Shown here in pieces: positions 20,979 through 29,312 of a stretch of DNA of 57,585 nt. The stretch is from sequence record MT682705.1, one strand, 5' to 3'. The position numbers and the translations under genes were made by a program. The notes below the pieces were generated by a model. It did no database searches. It was given only the letters and a program-made list of their open reading frames with translations, and was not told the DNA's origin. The DNA is from Escherichia phage vB_EcoS_SP8. Numbering within the stretch: position 1 is the first letter of the stretch; every line of letters starts with the position of its first letter.

Positions 20979-21323
20979 TTACGCAACCCGGCAAGGACTT
21001 TGCAGTTTATCACTTTTCTTTACGCGGATTTCGCATTGCATCATACTGTAGTTCGCACTGCTCTCCGGCAATACGATACTTTTCAGCCTCTTCTGCCACT
21101 TGTCTGTATTCTGTGACGCTTTCTGAATACAGCTCGGTGAGCACACGGGCGATCTGGGCGGTTGTCTTGCTGTCGGGCTGAGGGCCGGTAGCGTCACCGA
21201 GGTACTTACGGACGGTTGCGATTTCGTTGTGCAACCTGTCATTAGTAGCGCGATAATTATTAAGATCGGCAACCAAAGATTCAATACGAGATCTGTACTG
21301 ACGTTCGATAGTGTCTTTCTCAT
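20979..21323 (-). CDS. putative o-spanin (outer-membrane lipoprotein, Rz1-like)
   Basis: ORF in alternative frame overlapping the 3' part of the i-spanin gene; lipobox-like LLMTGC after a hydrophobic stretch; Pro/Ser-rich mature part. Confidence 0.45.
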   Translation of the reverse strand: MRKTLSNVSTDLVLNLWLPILIIIALLMTGCTTKSQPSVSTSVTLPALSPTARQPPRSPVCSPSCIQKASQNTDKWQKRLKSIVLPESSANYSMMQCEIRVKKSDKLQSPCRVA

Positions 21324-21510
21324 ACACTCTTCGTTTCTCCTCCTCGAAATCAACCTCTTTCTGAGTTTCTTTTTGGTACGACACACCGGCATCGAAACCC
21401 TCCTTTCTAGCTGATTCTATGGCATTGTCATAAGCCCAGTTGGCTAGAATAACAATTATGACAAGTGGTATCCAAGGTGCAACAATACCAATTATTCTTC
21501 TAAGGAACAT
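21010..21510 (-). CDS. putative i-spanin (Rz-like)
   Basis: 166-aa ORF with N-terminal transmembrane segment and charged helical remainder; overlapped by lipoprotein ORF. Confidence 0.5.
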   Translation of the reverse strand: MFLRRIIGIVAPWIPLVIIVILANWAYDNAIESARKEGFDAGVSYQKETQKEVDFEEEKRRVYEKDTIERQYRSRIESLVADLNNYRATNDRLHNEIATVRKYLGDATGPQPDSKTTAQIARVLTELYSESVTEYRQVAEEAEKYRIAGEQCELQYDAMRNPRKEK

Positions 21511-21719
21511 ACTTTGTCACCAACCCCCATAGACAAGTATTGGATAGCAAGAAGAAAGGCTATAGCATCTTTCGTATCCCCTAGATCTTTAAGAGTCTTA
21601 AATTTATCTTCAAGTTGCTGTACATGCTTTTCAAATTGTGGCAAAGCATCAATCTCAGCGGCAGCTCCGCGCATATACACTCTTGCAGCGGCTAATTGCT
21701 CATTTGTAGGATCGCTCAC
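21492..21719 (-). CDS. hypothetical protein
   Basis: 75-aa ORF, overlapping start/stop arrangement with neighbours. Confidence 0.3.
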   Translation of the reverse strand: MSDPTNEQLAAARVYMRGAAAEIDALPQFEKHVQQLEDKFKTLKDLGDTKDAIAFLLAIQYLSMGVGDKVCSLEE

Positions 21720-21907
21720 GATGTTCTCCAGATTACACTGTTTCGAATTTCATCATTCCAAACGTACTTCCCCTTCTCACCGTTTTTATAGGATGGAACA
21801 GAGAAAACGGAGGAACTTGGATACAAATCCGATGTTGTTAAGCGTATACGCTTACCGTCAAAAGGTCCACCAACACAAAGGAACAGACCGGTCTTAGGTT
21901 TCTTCAA
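21716..21907 (-). CDS. hypothetical protein
   Basis: 63-aa ORF in minus-strand operon. Confidence 0.3.
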   Translation of the reverse strand: MKKPKTGLFLCVGGPFDGKRIRLTTSDLYPSSSVFSVPSYKNGEKGKYVWNDEIRNSVIWRTS

Positions 21908-22368
21908 AATGGTTTCTCCTCGATTTTACACTGCGCCACTTTAAGAGTATAGGCTACGTCATAGAACTTAACCCCTTGACCACAACTGTCGCAATATACG
22001 CACGCCAGTCGTACTGCCTCTTCGGCGGTGCAACCTCCCGCCATTGCACCCATCAAGAACTCAAACGCACCACCTTCTGCAATAAATTCGTTAGTGTCCG
22101 GTAGACCTAATTTACCATCCCCGTAAATAGGATATACGACAAGTTCCTGCGTCACGGCAATACCATAACGGGAATCCGGATTTAAGTCCGAAAAAGGTTC
22201 TTTACGTCCACGAACCGTAGTCTTCAGATGGTCTATAATATCAGTTACAGGACGTAGTTTACCAGACATCGCAACAAGACAAAGTCCAATTCCTGGAATA
22301 TTGACAGTATGAACTTTATCCGTAGTTGTTGCAATATTACCCCATGTAACCTGACGATCTACAGCCAA
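21904..22368 (-). CDS. hypothetical protein with Ntn-hydrolase (HslV/proteasome)-like C-terminal pattern
   Basis: segment FIAEGGAFEFLMGAMAGGCTAEEAVRLACVY resembles the Gly-rich region of HslV-type Ntn hydrolases; weak by-eye similarity only. Confidence 0.3.
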   Translation of the reverse strand: MAVDRQVTWGNIATTTDKVHTVNIPGIGLCLVAMSGKLRPVTDIIDHLKTTVRGRKEPFSDLNPDSRYGIAVTQELVVYPIYGDGKLGLPDTNEFIAEGGAFEFLMGAMAGGCTAEEAVRLACVYCDSCGQGVKFYDVAYTLKVAQCKIEEKPF

Positions 22369-22754
22369 TATACCATTACGATAAGCAATTGCGGTCGTAT
22401 TAGACGCCCATATATGTGATAAATTTTATAAGCAGTGGAAAGACCGATATTAAACTCTTTCGCTGCAACCTGAAATCTATTCTCTTTACCAGTGTAATTC
22501 CTAAGAAATTGATAAATTTCCTCTTTATCCAAGTGCCTGTTTCGCACAAGTGTAGGGGACCCAAGCCGGCGCATTTCGGGCGTAGTCGCGAATCTCCGCT
22601 TGATCTGAGCTACTGTACCAACGTACCAATACTTTGCCCCATTTTGCCCAATAGCCGCGTGTACGCATCGCGGCGTACCTGTTTTAGCGAACTTACGCTT
22701 TGCAAATTCACACGCGAGTTCTGCATTGTCAAAACGTTGCAAGCTCATAATCAA
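22359..22754 (-). CDS. hypothetical protein
   Basis: 131-aa ORF in minus-strand operon. Confidence 0.3.
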   Translation of the reverse strand: MIMSLQRFDNAELACEFAKRKFAKTGTPRCVHAAIGQNGAKYWYVGTVAQIKRRFATTPEMRRLGSPTLVRNRHLDKEEIYQFLRNYTGKENRFQVAAKEFNIGLSTAYKIYHIYGRLIRPQLLIVMVYWL

Positions 22755-23191
22755 CCCGGCAATATAATTTCGTAATCAATCAGGAAAGACCGCAGAGGAT
22801 ACGCCAGATCATTACCCTCTGCAACGTGGTCATAGGAATAGTATTGTTTCCCTTGCAGACCTTTACATGGGTCATATACCTTAACATCGCCGAAGCGAGC
22901 GTCAATAATGATCTGATGGAAAAGCCCAGGTAACTGCAAAGAGGGTACAGTCGCAAGATACAAGCGCCCAGGTCGGATCTGGTGCATACCGGCAGTGATA
23001 TGCGGCTGCGCAAAGACACCGTATCGATATAGATAACTAGCAACATCAATATGTCCATGAATATAATCATTTGTGAACTCGTCATATACCTGCTCAGGAT
23101 CTTTGTCAAGAAGCATAGCAAGGCAGGTAGGAATGCAAGCCATTATGCTTTTCTGAGTTTTATGCTTGATTGGATCGTTGATAGTAATCAT
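22751..23191 (-). CDS. hypothetical protein with papain/C39-like cysteine peptidase motif
   Basis: KSIMACIPTCLAMLL resembles the catalytic Cys context of C39-type peptidases; downstream His residues present. Confidence 0.35.
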   Translation of the reverse strand: MITINDPIKHKTQKSIMACIPTCLAMLLDKDPEQVYDEFTNDYIHGHIDVASYLYRYGVFAQPHITAGMHQIRPGRLYLATVPSLQLPGLFHQIIIDARFGDVKVYDPCKGLQGKQYYSYDHVAEGNDLAYPLRSFLIDYEIILPG

Positions 23192-23529
23192 TAGAACACT
23201 TCCTTAAACAAATCAAATTTAACATGCTCGTAGATTTTATTCAGCTGAGTTAGCTTGCGAATAAACTCTTTACTGGTATTCTCGTCAATTGCACAAGTAT
23301 CGGTCTGGATCTTCCATGTGTCGGAGCGCAAACGAAGCAAGAATGACCCGTTCGGATAAACCGTCTTCGCTTCGGGCATATAGTGCAAAATGCAGGATAT
23401 CGTTCCATCAGGTGGTATAAGAACAATATAAGTGTCATTCACATCTGTGTGACTAATAATCCAACCACTTTGTAATAAAGCATCACGAAGCTGGCAATAC
23501 ATTTTCGGAATAACGATATCTTTGGCCAT
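23191..23529 (-). CDS. hypothetical protein
   Basis: 112-aa ORF. Confidence 0.3.
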   Translation of the reverse strand: MAKDIVIPKMYCQLRDALLQSGWIISHTDVNDTYIVLIPPDGTISCILHYMPEAKTVYPNGSFLLRLRSDTWKIQTDTCAIDENTSKEFIRKLTQLNKIYEHVKFDLFKEVF

Positions 23530-23894
23530 TATTGCACTTCCACAATTAACAATTCACCATGACGTTCACGAGCGAGATTATATAACTCTTGTTTCTGCCC
23601 AATACTTAATTCGCAGTCAAGAATCGCAATATCACAATGGAAGCCGCTCGTACGAATAACAGTGTCTTCATACGAATCCCTGCGATGAGCGACCAAACGA
23701 AGATGGAAACGATCAAACTGTACCACAGATGACTCGCGCGACAATTGTACACACCGAACAAACTCAGCATCTTCGCGCAACACTTCTTCGAGCTTCCGGC
23801 GATATTCGTTAGCAGGACATAAAACAAAAGCGACACGATCGTCTTTCAGCTGTGGTCGTAAGATAGACCAGACTTTAACTATATTCTTGTTCAT
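23529..23894 (-). CDS. hypothetical protein
   Basis: 121-aa ORF. Confidence 0.3.
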   Translation of the reverse strand: MNKNIVKVWSILRPQLKDDRVAFVLCPANEYRRKLEEVLREDAEFVRCVQLSRESSVVQFDRFHLRLVAHRRDSYEDTVIRTSGFHCDIAILDCELSIGQKQELYNLARERHGELLIVEVQ

Positions 23895-23979
23895 ATAAAC
23901 CCCTTTAACGTTAACGGAATAACTATAACAGGATACGCAAGTTGATTAACATAGCCGGCCGCAACAATTAGTGACCACA

Positions 23980-24267
23980 TTAAGGCAACGTGAACCAACC
24001 TAAGTTCTGCGCACCGAGCAACCATGCGTACACAATCAGTGAACCTAAAATAAGTACACTAAAGAAGTTCGCTTTCTTGCGTTTGATGTTTGCAGCTTGT
24101 GGGTTGCATACACACCATACGAAGAAATGTTTAACAACTAAATATGCAAGCGAAATGATAACAGCGTAACGCATAAACGGTACATACCAGATCACAAGAC
24201 CTAATATAATTGCAAGGATCCAGTTGATACCTAGCCATATTGCACTACTGAAGGCCAAAACGAACAT
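23980..24267 (-). CDS. small multi-pass membrane protein
   Basis: 95-aa ORF, almost entirely hydrophobic segments; strong RBS GAGGAG; first gene of the minus-strand block. Confidence 0.4.
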   Translation of the reverse strand: MFVLAFSSAIWLGINWILAIILGLVIWYVPFMRYAVIISLAYLVVKHFFVWCVCNPQAANIKRKKANFFSVLILGSLIVYAWLLGAQNLGWFTLP

Positions 24268-24415
24268 AATAGATCTCCTCTCGAGTATTTACATACGGAA
24301 TTAACTTTATACGAACAATATAGGGCAGGTGAGGTGAGGATATAAAGTGTCTAGTGACGAGATAATCTACAAATGATGAATCCTTGGCAGAGATCTAAGA
24401 GCCGCCCCGCGGCGT

Positions 24416-24488
24416 TACTATAACGTCCCGTGATCGTCAGTGAGGTGATTGTTACGTCATGTGACTGTCATGCGCTCTACTATAACGT
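24416..24488. repeat. direct repeat TACTATAACGT (2 copies about 62 bp apart) in divergent control region
   Basis: read directly in the 24.27-24.87 kb non-coding region; GTGAGGTGA also occurs twice nearby. Confidence 0.5.
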
Positions 24489-24620
24489 TGTTTATTGTTA
24501 CACGCGTTATTATTTTTTATTTGATTAGTGTGCTATCTATTACATGACTATACTATACCGTCCAGTGTAATTACATCTGTTACTATCCACCTGCCCACTA
24601 TATGCTGTCTATGTATGTGC

Positions 24621-24690
24621 TACCTGGTATTTCCGGCGTGTGCTGTTACCTGGTATTTTCAGCACGCTCGCGCTACCTGGTATTTCCGGC
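24621..24690. repeat. three direct repeats TACCTGGTATTTCCGGC at 26-27 bp spacing
   Basis: copies at about 24621, 24647 and 24674 (middle copy with 3 mismatches); upstream of the early promoter. Confidence 0.6.
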
Positions 24691-24768
24691 ACACCATCTA
24701 CTGCATAGTCCCGGATGTTATTATTATGAAACACAACTAAAAAAGTTCTAAAATATTGCAGATAATAG

Positions 24769-24797
24769 TTGCATCTGATACCCTGCTGTCATATTAT
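24769..24797 (+). promoter_or_regulatory. candidate sigma70-type early promoter
   Basis: TTGCAT, 17-bp spacer, TATTAT; followed by a 5' UTR hairpin (AAGCGGG...CCCGCTT) and RBS GGGAGA before the ATG at 24873. Confidence 0.45.
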
Positions 24798-24872
24798 AAA
24801 TGCGTAGGGTAAAGGGGGTTTTAAAGCGGGACACGGGTTCCGCGCCCGCTTCACCCGAAGGGAGATTGCATT

Positions 24873-25178
24873 ATGTCCATTATCTACTTACCGCGTTCTA
24901 TGTCCCAGTCCATGATCACCAAACGTATTATCGGCAAGCGCCTGTATCAGCTGGACCTTACTGCGGAAAAAGTCGACGGGGATTGGGGTTTCGACGAGTA
25001 TTTAGTAATGCTCCCGGGCAACGAAAAGTATTCCAGCACCCCGTTATATATTCGCATTAATGAGGACGGTACTGTTAGCTCTCACGCTGTAATGTACGGC
25101 CGAGCAGTATGCCAAGCGAATAGTCTTTGGTCTGTGTTCTGCTTTATTACAATGATAGCGAAGGCCATTCAACAATAA
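24873..25178 (+). CDS. hypothetical early protein
   Basis: 101-aa ORF, first plus-strand gene; RBS GGGAGA. Confidence 0.45.
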   Translation: MSIIYLPRSMSQSMITKRIIGKRLYQLDLTAEKVDGDWGFDEYLVMLPGNEKYSSTPLYIRINEDGTVSSHAVMYGRAVCQANSLWSVFCFITMIAKAIQQ

Positions 25179-25192
25179 TAGCGTGCTAATGG

Positions 25193-25233
25193 TTGCCCAT
25201 TGTAACAGTGGGCTCCCACTAGCAATCCGCTAG
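25193..25233 (+). promoter_or_regulatory. conserved intergenic hairpin element, copy 1
   Basis: TTGCCCATTGTAACAGTGGGC then GCAATCCGCTAG; near-identical copy at 26738-26779. Confidence 0.4.
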
Positions 25234-25254
25234 AACAACATGGAGATATTCACA

Positions 25255-25734
25255 ATGGTTACTATCACCCGTGTAGCAAAAGACGCTCGCTTCTTCGCCA
25301 CTATGTCTAACGCTCGCCGCGCCTTGAAAAAGGTTCTGGATGTAGACACAGCGACAGCTAACAGCTTTATTCACCAGGAACCGCACGAAGACGGTGGCCG
25401 CTACTGGTTCAGCGAAAGCGCCGTTAATAAGGCGGCTAGCGATCTGGTTGAAGCTGATAAAGCAACTGTCGTGGAAGTGACCACACAACAAGCTCCGGTC
25501 GCTCCCGCTAAAAGTAAAACGCGCAGCGAAACGCGCAACGGGGTCCGTCGCCCGATCAAAGGTAAATGCGCAGACGTTTGGAACGCTCTGGATAACATGT
25601 TACCTAATGGTGTGCCAACTATTGGTAACGTCCGTGACCTTGCGAAAGCTAATGGCTGGAATATTAATAACGCAACGATTGAATTCTACGCATGGCGTAA
25701 ATTCAACGGGCTCAATAATAAAGAGGGCAATTAA
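25255..25734 (+). CDS. hypothetical early protein
   Basis: start at ATG (MVTITRV) preceded by GGAGA. Confidence 0.4.
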   Translation: MVTITRVAKDARFFATMSNARRALKKVLDVDTATANSFIHQEPHEDGGRYWFSESAVNKAASDLVEADKATVVEVTTQQAPVAPAKSKTRSETRNGVRRPIKGKCADVWNALDNMLPNGVPTIGNVRDLAKANGWNINNATIEFYAWRKFNGLNNKEGN

Positions 25735-25812
25735 TTATGTTCTACTTATTAGCGTTCTTGATATTCGGAGCTCCAATAGTTGCGGGTCTGTATTATACGG
25801 AGGGTAAATAAT

Positions 25813-25998
25813 ATGGAAACTATCGTTCTGACTTGTTGGGTTGACCTGGACGATCACGAATATTGCGTGAATATTAACAACGGACCAGTCCCGGACGCAA
25901 CTTTCGCATCCTATGACGAAATGGATGCGTATGTAAAAGGTTTCCGCGAATGCGCTCGCACTGCAAATATTAACGTGACTGTAATTTTACCGGAGTGA
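25813..25998 (+). CDS. hypothetical small early protein
   Basis: start at ATG (METIVL) preceded by GGAGGG. Confidence 0.4.
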   Translation: METIVLTCWVDLDDHEYCVNINNGPVPDATFASYDEMDAYVKGFRECARTANINVTVILPE

Positions 25999-26003
25999 TT
26001 ATC

Positions 26004-26270
26004 ATGCGTAAAGCTAACAAGAATTCTTTCGTTGAAATGGCTCGTGTTGTTCTCAACCGTCAGTCCTTCTACCTGTACCACCGTCACGAATTTGATCTGT
26101 GGACTGAAGAGGAAACGTGCTGCCAGTACGAGATCCATACACGGAATGGTGTAATATTCACTTCCAGTAATTATCCGGAAGTTAAAGAATACTGGGACAA
26201 GCTGATCGCTGAAGCGTATGCTGAATTCCAGAAGCAAACTATTTACCTGATGGGCCTTCGCGCTGAGTAA
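26004..26270 (+). CDS. hypothetical small early protein
   Basis: start at ATG (MRKANK) preceded by GGAGTGA. Confidence 0.4.
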   Translation: MRKANKNSFVEMARVVLNRQSFYLYHRHEFDLWTEEETCCQYEIHTRNGVIFTSSNYPEVKEYWDKLIAEAYAEFQKQTIYLMGLRAE

Positions 26271-26305
26271 TTATTAACGTCAACATAATTTAAGGAGTGA
26301 CTATC

Positions 26306-26554
26306 ATGGCACAAGCAATTATCACCAAATTCCTGGCTCCAACTATGTCCCGTGGCGATCGTGTAAAAGCAACATGTTGGAATAGTTCCGTGACTATTGC
26401 CTGGAGTTACCAGTTGGACACATACGGAAACCACCGCGCCGCAGTGGAAGAGCTGGTCAAAAAGTTAAACGCTAAAATGGACGCCGAGTTTAAGATCGTA
26501 GCTGGTGGAGAGCTCCCGGATCAAAGCGGTTACGCGTTCATCATCACTGCATAA
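26306..26554 (+). CDS. hypothetical small early protein (paralogue-like to 26798..27043)
   Basis: start at ATG (MAQAII) preceded by AAGGAG; similar length and residue pattern to the 26798 gene product. Confidence 0.4.
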   Translation: MAQAIITKFLAPTMSRGDRVKATCWNSSVTIAWSYQLDTYGNHRAAVEELVKKLNAKMDAEFKIVAGGELPDQSGYAFIITA

Positions 26555-26564
26555 GGGGATAATT

Positions 26565-26729
26565 ATGGAACGCAACTATTTCCAGTTTATTTATCGCGGT
26601 CGTTGCTATCACATCCGTAACAAGTTTCGCAACCTGACCCGCGATCAACTTGAGTACGCTATTAATCTGGTGAGTGATGGTCACTTCGCTACACTATCAG
26701 AAGCGTTAGAATATCTGTCCGCTGAGTGA
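26565..26729 (+). CDS. hypothetical small early protein
   Basis: 54-codon ORF starting at ATG (MERNYF) preceded by AAGGGG. Confidence 0.35.
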   Translation: MERNYFQFIYRGRCYHIRNKFRNLTRDQLEYAINLVSDGHFATLSEALEYLSAE

Positions 26730-26737
26730 CATATACA

Positions 26738-26779
26738 TTGCCCATAGTAACAGTGGGCAATAATATGCAATCCGCATAG
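26738..26779 (+). promoter_or_regulatory. conserved intergenic hairpin element, copy 2
   Basis: TTGCCCATAGTAACAGTGGGCAA then GCAATCCGCATAG upstream of the 26798 gene. Confidence 0.4.
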
Positions 26780-26797
26780 TTAACTGAGGAAATTATT

Positions 26798-27043
26798 ATG
26801 CAAGCTATCCATGTAAAAACACTGTCCGCCACCGAAACGAAATGTCGTCGCTATAAAGCTGTTGGCCTTGATATGTGTGTTGTCACCCCCATCGACTACA
26901 GACTCAACAGCGAAGCGAATGCAGCTTATGCAGCGCAAGAGCTTGTGGACCGGTACAACGCTCGCGCCCAGTGGAAGGTTCGCATTGTTGGTATCGGTAC
27001 GCTTCCAGATAATACCTGGGCGGTACTATTAGATAACAAATAA
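26798..27043 (+). CDS. hypothetical small early protein
   Basis: 81-aa ORF with RBS GAGGAAA; followed by a strong intrinsic terminator. Confidence 0.45.
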   Translation: MQAIHVKTLSATETKCRRYKAVGLDMCVVTPIDYRLNSEANAAYAAQELVDRYNARAQWKVRIVGIGTLPDNTWAVLLDNK

Positions 27044-27066
27044 CTTCTAAACCATTATACAATCCG

Positions 27067-27102
27067 CGCCCTGTTGAAGTCCAACGGGGCGTTTTTGTTT
27101 TT
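27067..27102 (+). terminator. rho-independent terminator ending the early operon
   Basis: 10-bp stem CGCCCTGTTG / CAACGGGGCG (one G-U pair), 5-nt loop, followed by TTTTTGTTTTTG. Confidence 0.7.
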
Positions 27103-27596
27103 GTACCCGCACCACCTCCCGCGCTACCCTGCTGACCACATATTCCTCACCCATAACTCCACCATTCGCGCTCTAAGAACCTGAATCCCTCTTCCGTACA
27201 TTACCATTGACTCCAATTCAGTCGCCTTATACGCCCTTACAGTGATCCACTCCCTGCTTCCCTGTACGCGATTTTGCGGCATTTTCGCCCCTCACCGCCA
27301 CCCTTACACCGATCCAACCAGTTAATCGCGCTACGCGCCCCGTTTTCGCGGCTATTTTCGCTTTATGGGCGACCCGTTACCCCGATCTCAGCTACCCAAC
27401 CTCACCGAAAAGCCGGCTTTGCCCGAAAAATCCGGCATTTATACCATAAAATAGAATCGTTTTCGGGCTACAAAATTTCAAACTCGCAAATCGCTTTCAC
27501 TTCGAGAGTTACCTCAGCAAAAATCGCTTGCAATCCACTTTTCTTTTGTGTTAGACGCGCGGACGCGCATTATGCGCAGGCGCCAGGCTCTGCCCT

Positions 27597-28018
27597 GTCT
27601 ACTGACGAGCCAGATTTATAAAGTTAATAAATTCGTATATTTTCGCGTAATGTACGAAATGAAAGGGGGTAAGTGCATGAAAAATAAGGTAAAAAATGTG
27701 TGTATGTGTGTATTTATATAAATTTTATAAAGATTTTTTGTTTTTTTAGTTGTCTACTGACGACCCTACGAGACCCCTTTATAAAATTTATAAATTCCCA
27801 CGTTCCCCCCAACTCTCGAAATTTTCCCTTATTTTTCATACACTTCGCTTCGCCGTTTCGTATGTTGCTGGATCTTTATAAATTGTGCATTTTTTCACCG
27901 ATCTTTATAAATTTGCAATTTCTCACCTTCAGACTGCTGTAATTTTTGCAAAAGCAAAAACTTTGCATATACAAACACCGCAAAATGTCACAATTGCAAA
28001 TAGCAAAAACTTCGCATA
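27597..28018. repeat. cluster of direct repeats in a 1-kb non-coding region
   Basis: GTCTACTGACGA at about 27597 and 27752; GATCTTTATAAATT at about 27871 and 27900; AGCAAAAACTT(T/C)GCATA at about 27953 and 28002; TTTATAAA recurring at least 5 times. Confidence 0.6.
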
Positions 28019-28079
28019 AATTAAAACTTGGCAACTGAATTTCAAAATTAATCGATTTTATTTAGTCAAGGGTGAGGTT

Positions 28080-28700
28080 ATGCGCAATCGTAATATTGAA
28101 ATAACGCACGCACACGTACAGGAAATGTTCGGTTATGACGAACAAATGTATGCCAAAGCGGTAGCCATATTAGAACAGCACAAAGACAGCCTAAGTAATG
28201 TGGTCAAAGCGTGGAAGGAGGCTGGCCTCGTGTTGCGGCCGAATGCGGTCAAGAAGTTAGATGACGGGCGGATGTATATGTGCTGGTCGGCTCCGATGTT
28301 GGGTATGATGTTTACTGTCGACATCTACTTCGGGTACTGGTTGTTAGAGGTGGATTGTGTGATTCCGCTCGACAAGTATATGCACAGTAAAGGATTCAAC
28401 AGTTGCTTTGACGTGTGTCCTGATACGGAAGGCAACGCTGTTATGATCCTGGGCTTTAAGTGGGTCGGCGATAAGTGTGAAATTAGGCCGTTGCGATACC
28501 CGCGTGGTAAAGCCCGTCGTGCATATATTGAAGATGGTGTTGTTGGCTGGTGTGATGTACAGAAGCGTCGGATGGGTGCTAACCACATTGCGCATATCAA
28601 GGAGTGCCTCGTTAGACTTCAGGCGAATAATAGTGGTAATGTGCAGTTACAGCAAGAACTGCAAGAGCTCATTGAATACATTGATCAGTTTGGAGCGTAA
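28080..28700 (+). CDS. hypothetical protein
   Basis: 206-aa ORF, first gene after the repeat-rich non-coding region; RBS GGGTGAGG. Confidence 0.45.
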   Translation: MRNRNIEITHAHVQEMFGYDEQMYAKAVAILEQHKDSLSNVVKAWKEAGLVLRPNAVKKLDDGRMYMCWSAPMLGMMFTVDIYFGYWLLEVDCVIPLDKYMHSKGFNSCFDVCPDTEGNAVMILGFKWVGDKCEIRPLRYPRGKARRAYIEDGVVGWCDVQKRRMGANHIAHIKECLVRLQANNSGNVQLQQELQELIEYIDQFGA

Positions 28701-28701
28701 G

Positions 28702-28971
28702 ATGATTGGCGAACAAGATGTTCTTCCTAAATGGTATCCTGATTATCGTAAGTCGGATACTTTGATGCGTATTCAGTTTATCTTAGATCACCAGACTGAC
28801 TTTTCATTGTATTTAAGGGAGGAGCTACAACGAACGGATATGAAGAACCTGTGGGCCATTAAGAAACGTCTTCGTTTACGGAAACATCTTGATGACCTGC
28901 ATAAAGTTATGCAACAACTTATACGGTATAACATCCGTATTAAAGAATCGCGTGATATCTGGAGGAAGTGA
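28702..28971 (+). CDS. hypothetical protein
   Basis: start at ATG (MIGEQD) just after the upstream stop. Confidence 0.4.
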   Translation: MIGEQDVLPKWYPDYRKSDTLMRIQFILDHQTDFSLYLREELQRTDMKNLWAIKKRLRLRKHLDDLHKVMQQLIRYNIRIKESRDIWRK

Positions 28972-28979
28972 TAGTGGGA

Positions 28980-29312
28980 ATGATCAAGTTAAAATGGTAC
29001 GTGGATCCTGAGCCAACAGGACCATACAGGTCTTTCCAACGTAGAGGGTGGCCGACTTGTTACAACGGCAATCCTGATAAAGAAGATTGTGATGTGCTTG
29101 CAATAATTGTCAGTCTTAATCGTGATGGATATGAAGGTCATTACGCAAAGGCAACAGACTTACGTCTGAAAGTCCGTATATACTTCAAGATTGGAGGAGA
29201 ACACCGTACAGGACTCTCTAAGGAAGAGTTCAGTAGCATTGCCGAAGCAAAGTTATGGCTTAAAGACTTCTACAAGAAGAACCCTCAATACTATCCATTT
29301 AAGGAGAAGTGA
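28980..29312 (+). CDS. hypothetical protein
   Basis: start at ATG (MIKLKW). Confidence 0.4.
   Translation: MIKLKWYVDPEPTGPYRSFQRRGWPTCYNGNPDKEDCDVLAIIVSLNRDGYEGHYAKATDLRLKVRIYFKIGGEHRTGLSKEEFSSIAEAKLWLKDFYKKNPQYYPFKEK

Noticed and set aside
24621-24690. Possible CRISPR array
   Set aside because: Only three short imperfect repeats with 9-10 bp between them, no longer array and no cas context; better explained as operator or iteron sites.
27274-27621. 115-aa ORF in the C-rich non-coding region
   Set aside because: No Shine-Dalgarno motif, strongly skewed Pro/Ser/Arg-rich translation typical of a C-rich non-coding strand; more likely part of a regulatory or origin-like region.
27700-27942. 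80-aa ORF in the AT-rich repeat region
   Set aside because: Translation is low-complexity Phe/Ile/Leu-rich, produced by the TTTATAAA-type repeats; no RBS.
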